In this document: in pieces, positions 37,527 through 44,832 of the stretch | Numbering within the stretch: the stretch's first letter is position 1 | Layout: the number at the start of each line of letters is the position of its first letter | Assembly (NCBI GenBank): GCA_938023905.1 | Contig: CALJCO010000011.1 | Span: 23,544-87,543, forward strand | DNA from: an uncultured Collinsella sp. | GTDB lineage: Bacteria > Actinomycetota > Coriobacteriia > Coriobacteriales > Coriobacteriaceae | Length of the DNA stretch: 64,000 nucleotides | Direction of reading: 5' to 3' | Position numbers and translations under genes: made by a program | The notes under the pieces: model-generated | Seen by the model: only the letters and a program-made list of their open reading frames with translations | Told to the model about the DNA's origin: nothing | Databases searched by the model: none

Positions 37527-38108
37527 CTACATAGTATGGGTCGAATAGACCGGATCATCACGCCAAAGTTCAACCGCATCACAAAGCGCAACGCCCTCGC
37601 GCTCAGCACGGGCGCGCGTAGCGTTCATATCGATCACGCGCTGGTTGCTCGAGCCCCTAAAGCGCAACGAGATATCGTACAGATCTTGAACAAACGGGCC
37701 GTCCACCAACATGTCGAGGCAGGCAAGGATGCGGTCCGTCACCTCGGTATGATGACGACCGCCCGGCATAAGCTCCTCGAGTACGTCGCCGGTAAAACAC
37801 CAAATGGTCTTTCCTGACCCCGAAGGATAAGCGGCACGAACACGCTCGACGAACTCAACGAGTCCCGCCTGATTCTCAGGTTCCATAGGCTCGCCGCCCA
37901 AAATCGTCAGGCCATCGATAAAGGGATGATCGAGGCTCTCGATAATCTTGTCCTCGACGGCACGATCGAACGGCTCGCCCGCAGCAAAATCCCACGCGAC
38001 AGAGTTAAAGCAGTTCTTGCACCCACGACGACACCCGCTCACAAACAGAGAAGTACGAACGCCTTCCCCATCAGCAATGTCGAAATACTTAATGTTCGCG
38101 TAGTTCAT
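37527..38108 (-). CDS. nrdG: anaerobic ribonucleoside-triphosphate reductase activating protein (radical SAM)
   Basis: ORF 37527..38225. ATG at 38108 (MNYANIKYFDIADGEGVRTSLFVSGCRRGCKNCFN...) with AGGAAGG RBS. Confidence 0.85.
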   Translation of the reverse strand: MNYANIKYFDIADGEGVRTSLFVSGCRRGCKNCFNSVAWDFAAGEPFDRAVEDKIIESLDHPFIDGLTILGGEPMEPENQAGLVEFVERVRAAYPSGSGKTIWCFTGDVLEELMPGGRHHTEVTDRILACLDMLVDGPFVQDLYDISLRFRGSSNQRVIDMNATRARAEREGVALCDAVELWRDDPVYSTHTM

Positions 38109-38122
38109 AGGTAACCTTCCTG

Positions 38123-38213
38123 GGGGTCTGGAGTATATCATCCCGTCCTCAAACAGCTTCGCTCGCTGCGCTCGCTGCAGAACTGCGGGCGGGACGATAT
38201 ACTCCAGACCCCT
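38123..38213 (-). repeat. 25-bp near-perfect inverted repeat (GGGGTCTGGAGTATATCATCCCGTCC ... GGCGGGACGATATACTCCAGACCCC) separated by 40 bp containing a tandem GCTTCGCTCGCTGCG-like repeat; intercistronic nrdD-nrdG stem-loop
   Basis: 24/26 complementary positions. Located 15 nt upstream of the nrdG RBS within the nrdD-nrdG transcript. Confidence 0.5.
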
Positions 38214-38538
38214 CGCGAGCAACACTCAATGAACGAAGCGAACATCGAGCATAGGGTTCGAGGTCTGATAAATACTGAGTTGCAGCTCAACCGTTGCTGC
38301 AAGCAAATCGCTGCTGCAGCTCAACTCATTTCCGCTAAGAACTTCGAGGAGTGAGTAGGCTGCGCGCCGCATCTCAGCTACGTCAACTTGGCTGAGCCGA
38401 GAGGGCCGCTTGGGCTTTTGCTCGATATGAGTTCCGCACGAACAGGAGGCGCCAGTGGCGCCTCCGTCGTGAGCCAGGACTGTCCGAAATAGCGAGTAAA
38501 GATCCGGGGCCTCGCTACGGGGCAGCCTGGGATGGTTA

Positions 38539-40761
38539 TTAGAGATGCAGCACGCGGTCGCGGATCTCCTCGGTTCGGCCCTGGTTCCAGAACTGGGTAC
38601 CGATGTAGCCGCACGTGCGACGGGCGACATTCATCTTCTCCTGGTCACGATTGCCGCAGTTGGGGCACTCCCACACCAGCTTGCCATCGTCCTCGACAAT
38701 CTTGATCTCGCCATCGTAGCCGCACACCTGGCAATAATCGCTCTTGGTGTTGAGCTCGGCGTACATGATGTTGTCGTAGATGTACTGCATCACGCGAATG
38801 ACAGCCTTGAGGTTGTCCTGCATGTTGGGAACCTCGACGTAGGAGATGGCACCGCCCGGCGAAAGCTGCTGGAACATACCCTCGAACTTGAGCTTGTCGA
38901 ATGCGTCGATCTCCTCGGACACGTGGACGTGGTAGCTGTTGGTGATGTAGCCCTTGTCCGTCACGCCCGGGATGATGCCAAAACGACGCTGCAGGCACTT
39001 GGCGAACTTGTAGGTCGTCGACTCAAGCGGGGTACCGTACAGCGAGAAGTCAATATCGCTTTCGGCCTTCCACTCGGCGCACTTGTCGTTCATGCGCTGC
39101 ATGACGGCCATGGCAAAGGGCGTGCCCTCCTTCTCGGTGTGGCTGTGGCCCGTCATGTACTTAACGCACTCATACAGACCGGCATAACCCAGACTGATGG
39201 TGGAGTAACCGCCCACGAGCAACTTGTCGATCGTCTCGCCCTTCTTCAGGCGGGCGAGGGCACCGTACTGCCAAAGAATCGGTGCGGCATCCGAAAGCGT
39301 ACCCATCAGACGCTCATGACGGCACAGCAGGGCGCGGTGGCACAGCTCGAGGCGCTCGTCGAAGATTTTCCAGAACTTGTCCATGTCCTGATGCGAGCTC
39401 AGCGCGACATCGGGCAGGTTGATGGTCACAACGCCCTGGTTAAAGCGACCGTAGTACTTGGGCTTGTTCGGGTCATAGTTCAGCGCGTTGGCGACATTGT
39501 TAAAGCCGTTGCCCGAGCGGTCGGGCGTCAAGAAGCTGCGGCAACCCATGCAGGTGTAGCAATCGCCGTTGCCAGCGGTCTCGCCCTTAGACAGCTTGAG
39601 CTCGCGCATCTTCTTCTCAGAGATATAGTCGGGCACCATGCGCTTGGCGGTGCACTTCGCGGCCAGCTGGGTCAGGTAGAAGTACGGGGAATTCTCGTGA
39701 ACGTTATCGTCCTCGAGTACATAGATGAGCTTGGGGAATGCCGGGGTAATCCACACGCCGGCCTCGTTCTTAACGCCCTCGTAGCGCTGGCGAAGCGTCT
39801 CCTCCACGATCATGGCAAGGTCGTGCTTCTCCTGAGGCGTACGGGCCTCGTTAAGATACATAAAGACCGTCACGAACGGCGCCTGGCCGTTCGTGGTCAT
39901 AAGCGTCACGACCTGATACTGGATCGTCTGGACGCCGCGACGAATCTCGTCACGCAGACGGTCCTCAACAACCTCGCGGACCTTTTCGGGAGATGCGGAA
40001 ACGCCGAGCTCCTCGAGCTCGCGGGCGACCTCGCCGCGAATCTTTTGACGGCTCACCTCGACGAACGGGGCAAGATGGGTCAGCGAAATCGACTGGCCAC
40101 CGTACTGAGAGGAAGCAACCTGAGCGATGATCTGCGTCGCGATGTTGCAGGCGGTCGAGAAGCTGTGCGGCTTCTCAATCAGCGTACCCGAGATAACAGT
40201 GCCGTTCTGGAGCATGTCCTCCAGGTTCACCAGATCGCAGTTGTGCATGTGCTGGGCAAAGTAATCCGAATCGTGGAAATGAATCAGACCCTCATTATGG
40301 GCATCCACGATCTCTTGGGGCAGCAGCACACGCTGAGTCAGGTCCTTGGAGATCTCGCCGGCCATGTAGTCACGCTGAACGGAATTGACGGTCGGGTTCT
40401 TGTTGGAGTTCTCTTGCTTGACCTCTTCGTTGTTGCACTCGATCAACGACAGAATCTTGTCGTCGGTCGTGTTCTTCTGGCGCTTCAGGCTCTGAACATA
40501 GCGATAGATGATGTAGTGGCGGGCAACCTCGTAGCAGTCGAGACGCATGATCTCGTCCTCGACCAAATCCTGAATCTCCTCGACCGACACGGTGTGGCCC
40601 GCGTTCTCGCATGCCTCGGCGACGTTTTGTGCCGCGTAAACCACCTGGCGGTCGGTAAGACGAGAGCTCTCCTCGACCTCCAAGTTTGCGGCGCGGATGG
40701 CATTGACGATCTTATCGATGTCAAAGACAACCTCGGTGCCGCTGCGCTTGATGATCTTCAT
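38539..40761 (-). CDS. nrdD: anaerobic ribonucleoside-triphosphate reductase (class III, glycyl radical)
   Basis: ORF 38539..40791. ATG at 40761 (MKIIKRSGTEVVFDIDKIVNAI...). C-terminal CPNCGNRDQ...RTCGYIG Zn-ribbon + glycyl-radical motif. Confidence 0.9.
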   Translation of the reverse strand: MKIIKRSGTEVVFDIDKIVNAIRAANLEVEESSRLTDRQVVYAAQNVAEACENAGHTVSVEEIQDLVEDEIMRLDCYEVARHYIIYRYVQSLKRQKNTTDDKILSLIECNNEEVKQENSNKNPTVNSVQRDYMAGEISKDLTQRVLLPQEIVDAHNEGLIHFHDSDYFAQHMHNCDLVNLEDMLQNGTVISGTLIEKPHSFSTACNIATQIIAQVASSQYGGQSISLTHLAPFVEVSRQKIRGEVARELEELGVSASPEKVREVVEDRLRDEIRRGVQTIQYQVVTLMTTNGQAPFVTVFMYLNEARTPQEKHDLAMIVEETLRQRYEGVKNEAGVWITPAFPKLIYVLEDDNVHENSPYFYLTQLAAKCTAKRMVPDYISEKKMRELKLSKGETAGNGDCYTCMGCRSFLTPDRSGNGFNNVANALNYDPNKPKYYGRFNQGVVTINLPDVALSSHQDMDKFWKIFDERLELCHRALLCRHERLMGTLSDAAPILWQYGALARLKKGETIDKLLVGGYSTISLGYAGLYECVKYMTGHSHTEKEGTPFAMAVMQRMNDKCAEWKAESDIDFSLYGTPLESTTYKFAKCLQRRFGIIPGVTDKGYITNSYHVHVSEEIDAFDKLKFEGMFQQLSPGGAISYVEVPNMQDNLKAVIRVMQYIYDNIMYAELNTKSDYCQVCGYDGEIKIVEDDGKLVWECPNCGNRDQEKMNVARRTCGYIGTQFWNQGRTEEIRDRVLHL

Positions 40762-40985
40762 CCTCTTGCCTCTTTCGCGTCGTAGCCTCATTGCGCTTCA
40801 GAGCCAAACGATGCCCGGCAGGGCTTGCCCCTGTCTTGCGGCGCCGTCGCGCAATCTGTGTTCTCGATAAACCATAAGTCCTCATGCGGACAATCCTCGC
40901 GGCCGATCAAGCGGCTCAAAGGCGTGTCCAAATGGGACGAATAAGGTCTTCGTTCTCTGTCCGCCATCTATCATACGACAAAGAC

Positions 40986-41001
40986 GCATCTATATCCTGT
41001 A
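40986..41001 (-). promoter_or_regulatory. candidate NrdR box 1 (weaker; TACAGGATATAGATGC on coding strand)
   Basis: ATATA-centred imperfect palindrome, about 32 bp from box 2, in an AT-rich island upstream of nrdD. Confidence 0.3.
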
Positions 41002-41018
41002 TTCTTTTTTTAGTTCAA

Positions 41019-41034
41019 ACACAACATATAGTGT
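41019..41034 (-). promoter_or_regulatory. candidate NrdR box 2 (AAACACAACATATAGTGTTT; core matches acaCwAtATaTwGtgt)
   Basis: Near-perfect 16-bp palindrome with ACAC...GTGT arms, about 260 bp upstream of the nrdD start codon. Confidence 0.5.
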
Positions 41035-41354
41035 TTCAGCAGGTCAAAGCAATTGGTCATTTTGCAGACGCATTAATTATGAGGGGTTCTTGGCAAGTCG
41101 GTAAAACGTTACCAACACGGCTACCTGCATGGCAGTTATAAAACCCCCTTAGTCAAGCCGCTGACAAATCCTACCAAAACCAAGCCGCTCACGCCAAAAG
41201 AATCCAAAAGATTATGCTTGACCAACATGTTGCGGTCACGATCGGCCAGGACGTATGCAATCTGCCGGCACCTCTACGGGATGCGAAGACCATCGCGTAC
41301 GGACCTTGGATCAATATTTGGTGGCTTATTTGGCGGCGTGCTTGGTAGCAAAAC

Positions 41355-41385
41355 AAAACAGCCCAGAGGACATAGCCTCTGAGCT
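41355..41385 (-). terminator. intrinsic terminator after the tRNA-Gly/tRNA-Val unit (CAGCTCAGAGG / CCTCTGGGCTG + TTTTGTTTTG)
   Basis: 11-bp stem with one mismatch followed by a T-rich tract on the minus strand. Confidence 0.6.
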
Positions 41386-41394
41386 GCGAACATT

Positions 41395-41469
41395 TGGTGG
41401 GCGTTAGAAGATTTGAACTTCTGACCTCTTCCGTGTCAGGGAAGCGCTCTCCCCCTGAGCTAAACGCCC
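41395..41469 (-). tRNA. tRNA-Val (anticodon GAC), CCA-encoded
   Basis: GGGCGTTTAGCTCAGGGGGAGAGCGCTTCCCTGACACGGAAGAGGTCAGAAGTTCAAATCTTCTAACGCCCACCA. Cloverleaf by inspection. Confidence 0.9.
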
Positions 41470-41472
41470 AAA

Positions 41473-41548
41473 TGGAGCGGACAACGGGGCTCGAACCCGC
41501 GACCCCAACCTTGGCAAGGTTGTGCTCTACCAACTGAGCCATGTCCGC
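41473..41548 (-). tRNA. tRNA-Gly (anticodon GCC), copy 1, CCA-encoded
   Basis: GCGGACATGGCTCAGTTGGTAGAGCACAACCTTGCCAAGGTTGGGGTCGCGGGTTCGAGCCCCGTTGTCCGCTCCA. 3 nt from tRNA-Val. Confidence 0.9.
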
Positions 41549-41590
41549 TTACGGGGATTAATCTTACGTGATGCCCGCATCCTATGCAAG

Positions 41591-41608
41591 AACTTTTTTT
41601 GAAAAGTT
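41591..41608 (-). promoter_or_regulatory. A/T palindrome (AACTTTTCAAAAAAAGTT on coding strand) abutting -35 TTGCAT / -10 TAAGAT promoter of the tRNA-Gly/Val unit
   Basis: Shared with the two other tRNA promoters in the window (43941..43964, 47417..47433). Confidence 0.45.
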
Positions 41609-41689
41609 TTGCGACGCCCTCGCGAACCTCGCGAAGACATCAGCCACCACGGAAAGCGCAGGCAAACGCAAACTCGCCGCAAGAGGCTC

Positions 41690-43423
41690 CTATATCTCAC
41701 CGAGCATGATCCAGGCGGAGCTGTCCTGCGCGAGCCTGCCGTCTGCAAGCGGTGATGAGGTGAGCAGGACCCTGCCCGCCGGCAGCTCCACGGGTACTGC
41801 ACCGAAGTTCGTCACACACGCCCATCCGTTGTCGCGGCGATAGGCGATGACGCCGCCCTCAGCGCCCTCGGCACCATCCGCAAGGCCGGTGCGCCCGTCA
41901 AGATCGAGCCACGCAAGATCGTTGGCGCACCTGCGCAGCTTGCGCCGCAGCCAGAGGGCGTCACGATAGAGCGCAAGCATCGATGTCGGGTCCGCTTCTT
42001 CCCTATCGGCAGCGTAATCGGAAAACCATGCAGGCTGCGGCAGATGGGGCGCTGCATCGGCGTTGGCCGGTGAAAACCCAAACGATCCGCCCTGCGCGGG
42101 ATCGTCCGCTGCCACCCACGGCAGGGGCACACGGCAGCCGTCGCGCCCCTTCTCGCGCTTCGGTCCGCGCGTATTGGTCGCAGTAGGATCTTCGAGTGCA
42201 TCCCACGGGATATCAGCCACCTCAAAAAGGCCGAGCTCCTCACCCTGATACACGTATGCCGAGCCCGGAAGCGCCAGCTCAAGCAAAAGGGCCGCCCGCG
42301 CGCGGCGCTCGCCGAGTTCACGGTCCTCGTCATAAGACGACCCGTCGCGTAAGAGCCAGTCGAGCGCAATCTGATGGTAGCGCGTCGCCTTGATTTGCGG
42401 CAGGGCATAGCGTGTCGCCACGCGCGGCACGTCATGGTTGGAGAGTACCCAGGTCGAGGCGGAATCGGATTCGATGGCCGCCTTCAAGCCCTCCTCGATT
42501 GCAGCGTGCATGTCATCATAGGTCCAAGTGGCCTTAGCGAACTCAAAGTTGAATGTCTGGCCAAGCTCGCTGGGGCGCGCGTAGAGATACTGGCGCTCGG
42601 GCAGCACCCACGCCTCGGCAACGGCGCTGCGCGGTGGATTATAGCGGTCGAACACGCGGCGCCACTCGCGATAGATCTCGTGGACCTCGTTGCGGTCCCA
42701 CAGCGGATGGGTGCCGTCGTCAACCATGTCATCGCCCTCGGCGAGATGCCACCGGTCGAGGTCATCGCGGTCGAGATCCTTGGCAAGACCGTGCGCCACA
42801 TCAATGCGAAAGCCATCGACGCCTCGATCGCTCCAAAATGTCAGGACGTCGCAAAAGAACGCGTGAACCTCGGGGCATGACCAGTCAAAGTCCGGCTGCT
42901 CGGGCGTAAACATGTGCAGATACCACTGACCGTCCGCAACACGCGTCCAGGCGGGGCCGCCAAAGTTGGCATTCCAATTGGTGGGAGGCAGCTCGCCGTG
43001 CTCGCCGCGACCATCGCGGAAGATATAACGGGCGCGCTCGGGCGATCCGGGACCGGCGGCAAGAGCGGCTTTGAACCAGGGGTGCTGGTTGGATGAATGG
43101 TTAGGCACGATGTCGACGATGACCTTGATGCCGCGCGCGTGAGCCGCAGCGATCATGTCATCGAAGTCGTCAAGCGAGCCGAGACGTGGGTCGACATCGC
43201 AGTAGTCCGCCACATCATAGCCACCATCGACAAGAGGCGATGGGTAAAACGGGCTCAGCCAGATGGCCTCGATACCCAGCTGCTCAAGATAGTCCATCTG
43301 CTGGGTAATGCCCGCGATATCGCCCAGACCCGAACCAGTCGAATCCTTAAACGAGCGCGGGTAGATCTGATAGATCGCGGCGTCGGACATCCATGAGCGC
43401 GAAGAAGACTTTTCTGTAGCCAT
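41690..43423 (-). CDS. glycoside hydrolase family 13 alpha-glucosidase (oligo-1,6-glucosidase / trehalose-6-phosphate hydrolase-like)
   Basis: ORF 41690..43513. ATG at 43423 (MATEKSSSRSWMSDAAIYQIYPRSF...) with AAGGGAGA RBS. GH13 regions GFRIDVAHG, EAWV, SNHD present. Confidence 0.85.
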   Translation of the reverse strand: MATEKSSSRSWMSDAAIYQIYPRSFKDSTGSGLGDIAGITQQMDYLEQLGIEAIWLSPFYPSPLVDGGYDVADYCDVDPRLGSLDDFDDMIAAAHARGIKVIVDIVPNHSSNQHPWFKAALAAGPGSPERARYIFRDGRGEHGELPPTNWNANFGGPAWTRVADGQWYLHMFTPEQPDFDWSCPEVHAFFCDVLTFWSDRGVDGFRIDVAHGLAKDLDRDDLDRWHLAEGDDMVDDGTHPLWDRNEVHEIYREWRRVFDRYNPPRSAVAEAWVLPERQYLYARPSELGQTFNFEFAKATWTYDDMHAAIEEGLKAAIESDSASTWVLSNHDVPRVATRYALPQIKATRYHQIALDWLLRDGSSYDEDRELGERRARAALLLELALPGSAYVYQGEELGLFEVADIPWDALEDPTATNTRGPKREKGRDGCRVPLPWVAADDPAQGGSFGFSPANADAAPHLPQPAWFSDYAADREEADPTSMLALYRDALWLRRKLRRCANDLAWLDLDGRTGLADGAEGAEGGVIAYRRDNGWACVTNFGAVPVELPAGRVLLTSSPLADGRLAQDSSAWIMLGEI

Positions 43424-43562
43424 GGGGCGTATCTCCCTTGCAACGAGGTTATGCGGGATGCCCACGATGATACGCCCAAAGTGGACATTCGCGGCAAACA
43501 ACGCCACAGCCACGACCCAAAACGCTCGCCCCCCTCGGGTTCGAGCCCAGGCGATGGGTACG

Positions 43563-43595
43563 AAAAAGCCCGGCTACCGTAGTAGTCGGGCTGCT
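43563..43595 (-). terminator. intrinsic terminator after tRNA-Gly copy 2 (AGCCCG stem + T5)
   Basis: CAGCCCGACTACTACGGTAGCCGGGCTTTTTCG on the minus strand. Confidence 0.5.
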
Positions 43596-43600
43596 GCGTT

Positions 43601-43676
43601 TGGAGCGGACAACGGGGCTCGAACCCGCGACCCCAACCTTGGCAAGGTTGTGCTCTACCAACTGAGCCATGTCCGC
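43601..43676 (-). tRNA. tRNA-Gly (GCC), copy 2 (identical to copy 1)
   Basis: Identical 76-nt sequence. Confidence 0.9.
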
Positions 43677-43718
43677 ATATGTAAAACAAAACGGGCGCCG
43701 GAGCGCCCGGATGTTGCC

Positions 43719-43792
43719 TGGAGGCGAAGCCCGGATTCGAACCGGGGGTAAAGGCTTTGCAGGCCTCTGCCTTACCACTTGGCCACTTCGCC
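43719..43792 (-). tRNA. tRNA-Cys (anticodon GCA), CCA-encoded
   Basis: GGCGAAGTGGCCAAGTGGTAAGGCAGAGGCCTGCAAAGCCTTTACCCCCGGTTCGAATCCGGGCTTCGCCTCCA. Confidence 0.9.
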
Positions 43793-43826
43793 GAAAAAGG
43801 ACCGCCTAAACGGTCCGGAAATGCAA

Positions 43827-43902
43827 TGGAGCGGACAACGGGGCTCGAACCCGCGACCCCAACCTTGGCAAGGTTGTGCTCTACCAACTGAGCCATGTCC
43901 GC
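43827..43902 (-). tRNA. tRNA-Gly (GCC), copy 3 (identical)
   Basis: Identical 76-nt sequence. Promoter TTGCGT-N17-TAAATT with the A/T palindrome at 43941..43964. Confidence 0.9.
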
Positions 43903-44007
43903 TTGCGGGTTATTAATTTACGCGAGTTGTCCAAAAGACGCAAGTACTTTTTTCAAAAAACTTGTCTGCCGCATGTTCTTAGTAGCTAAACGCGCTAAAG
44001 CGATTGG

Positions 44008-44754
44008 CTAGGCACACGATTCCAGCGCTCCGCTAAACAGCTTCACCATCTGCACGCGCGTGCCGGCACCGTCCGTACGACGAGCAACCTCCACGTTATC
44101 GACGAGCATACGCATAAGCTTGATACCACGGCCGCGCTCCTCAGATGCGACCGGTTCGCTCGTTTCATCGATAGAATAGCCGGCACCTCGATCAAGCACC
44201 TCAACCACAACGCGATCGCCATAGGCCTGAACCGTCAGGACACACCCGATACCGCCCGCATGGTCATAGGCATTACCCAGCGCCTCCCCCGACGCCAATG
44301 CGACATCGTAGCGCTCGTCACGGCGCAACGGAAGCGATTCAAGGAGTTCGGCGATGCGATGTCGGTAGTATGGAAGATTCTCGATACCCTGACGGACCTC
44401 AACGCTCTTACTCCAGCGAGGCAGCTCCCCCACCGGAATGGCAGGAATTGACTCCCGTGCCGGCCCCGCGACATGAAGGATATCGACAAGACGAGCAATC
44501 TCCAAAAAGCGAACAACTTCACCTGATGCATTGACGAGCGAAAGCAGGCCTTCTCGCCTCATGAGCTCACGAGCGCGCGTAAGCAGGAATGCCAAGCCCG
44601 TCGAATCGATAAAGCTAACAGCCTGACAGTTGATGACGACACGACGCACGCCGCGGCCAATCAAAGCATCCAACCGCCGACGCAGCGCAGGCACCGTGGC
44701 GATGTCGATATCGCCTGGTGGCGTCAAAACCGCTATGTCATTCCACTCATTCAT
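44008..44754 (-). CDS. fused partner-switching protein: N-terminal STAS (anti-sigma-factor antagonist, RsbV/SpoIIAA-like) + C-terminal GHKL serine kinase (anti-sigma factor, RsbW/SpoIIAB-like)
   Basis: ORF 44008..44772. ATG at 44754 (MNEWNDIAVL...). STAS motif ...SFIDSTGLAFLL.... Kinase N-box EALGNAYDHA, G1 DRGAGY, G2 GRGIKLM. Confidence 0.7.
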   Translation of the reverse strand: MNEWNDIAVLTPPGDIDIATVPALRRRLDALIGRGVRRVVINCQAVSFIDSTGLAFLLTRARELMRREGLLSLVNASGEVVRFLEIARLVDILHVAGPARESIPAIPVGELPRWSKSVEVRQGIENLPYYRHRIAELLESLPLRRDERYDVALASGEALGNAYDHAGGIGCVLTVQAYGDRVVVEVLDRGAGYSIDETSEPVASEERGRGIKLMRMLVDNVEVARRTDGAGTRVQMVKLFSGALESCA

Positions 44755-44832
44755 ACGACCATGGTTCCCCAAAAAAGCCCACTCAATGCATTCGTTTCCC
44801 TAACCGTACGGATTCAGCCCGCCCAGCGTCGT

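Noticed and set aside
38123-38213. MITE or miniature transposon interpretation of the nrdD-nrdG inverted repeat
   Set aside because: No flanking target-site duplication and no second copy in the window. A structural RNA or regulatory hairpin is more parsimonious, but a mobile-element origin cannot be excluded without the whole genome.
38545-40785. 746-aa plus-strand ORF antisense to nrdD, and the 134-aa ORF 38226..38630 in the nrdD-nrdG gap
   Set aside because: Antisense low-complexity translation. nrdD on the minus strand has all class III RNR motifs. The 134-aa ORF spans the intercistronic inverted repeat and the nrdD 3' end, with no RBS.
41214-41351. 45-codon Trp-rich ORF (MLDQHVAVTIGQDVCNLPAPLRDAKTIAYGPWINIWWLIWRRAW) between the nrdD upstream region and the tRNA terminator
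   Set aside because: No Shine-Dalgarno sequence and no supporting signal. Kept only as a possibility for ribosome-profiling data.
41189-43896. ORFs 41189..41542, 43255..43896 and 43449..43778, all containing MAQLVEHNLAKVGVAGSSPVVRS
   Set aside because: The repeated peptide is the translation of the antisense of the three identical tRNA-Gly genes. These are tRNA loci, not proteins.
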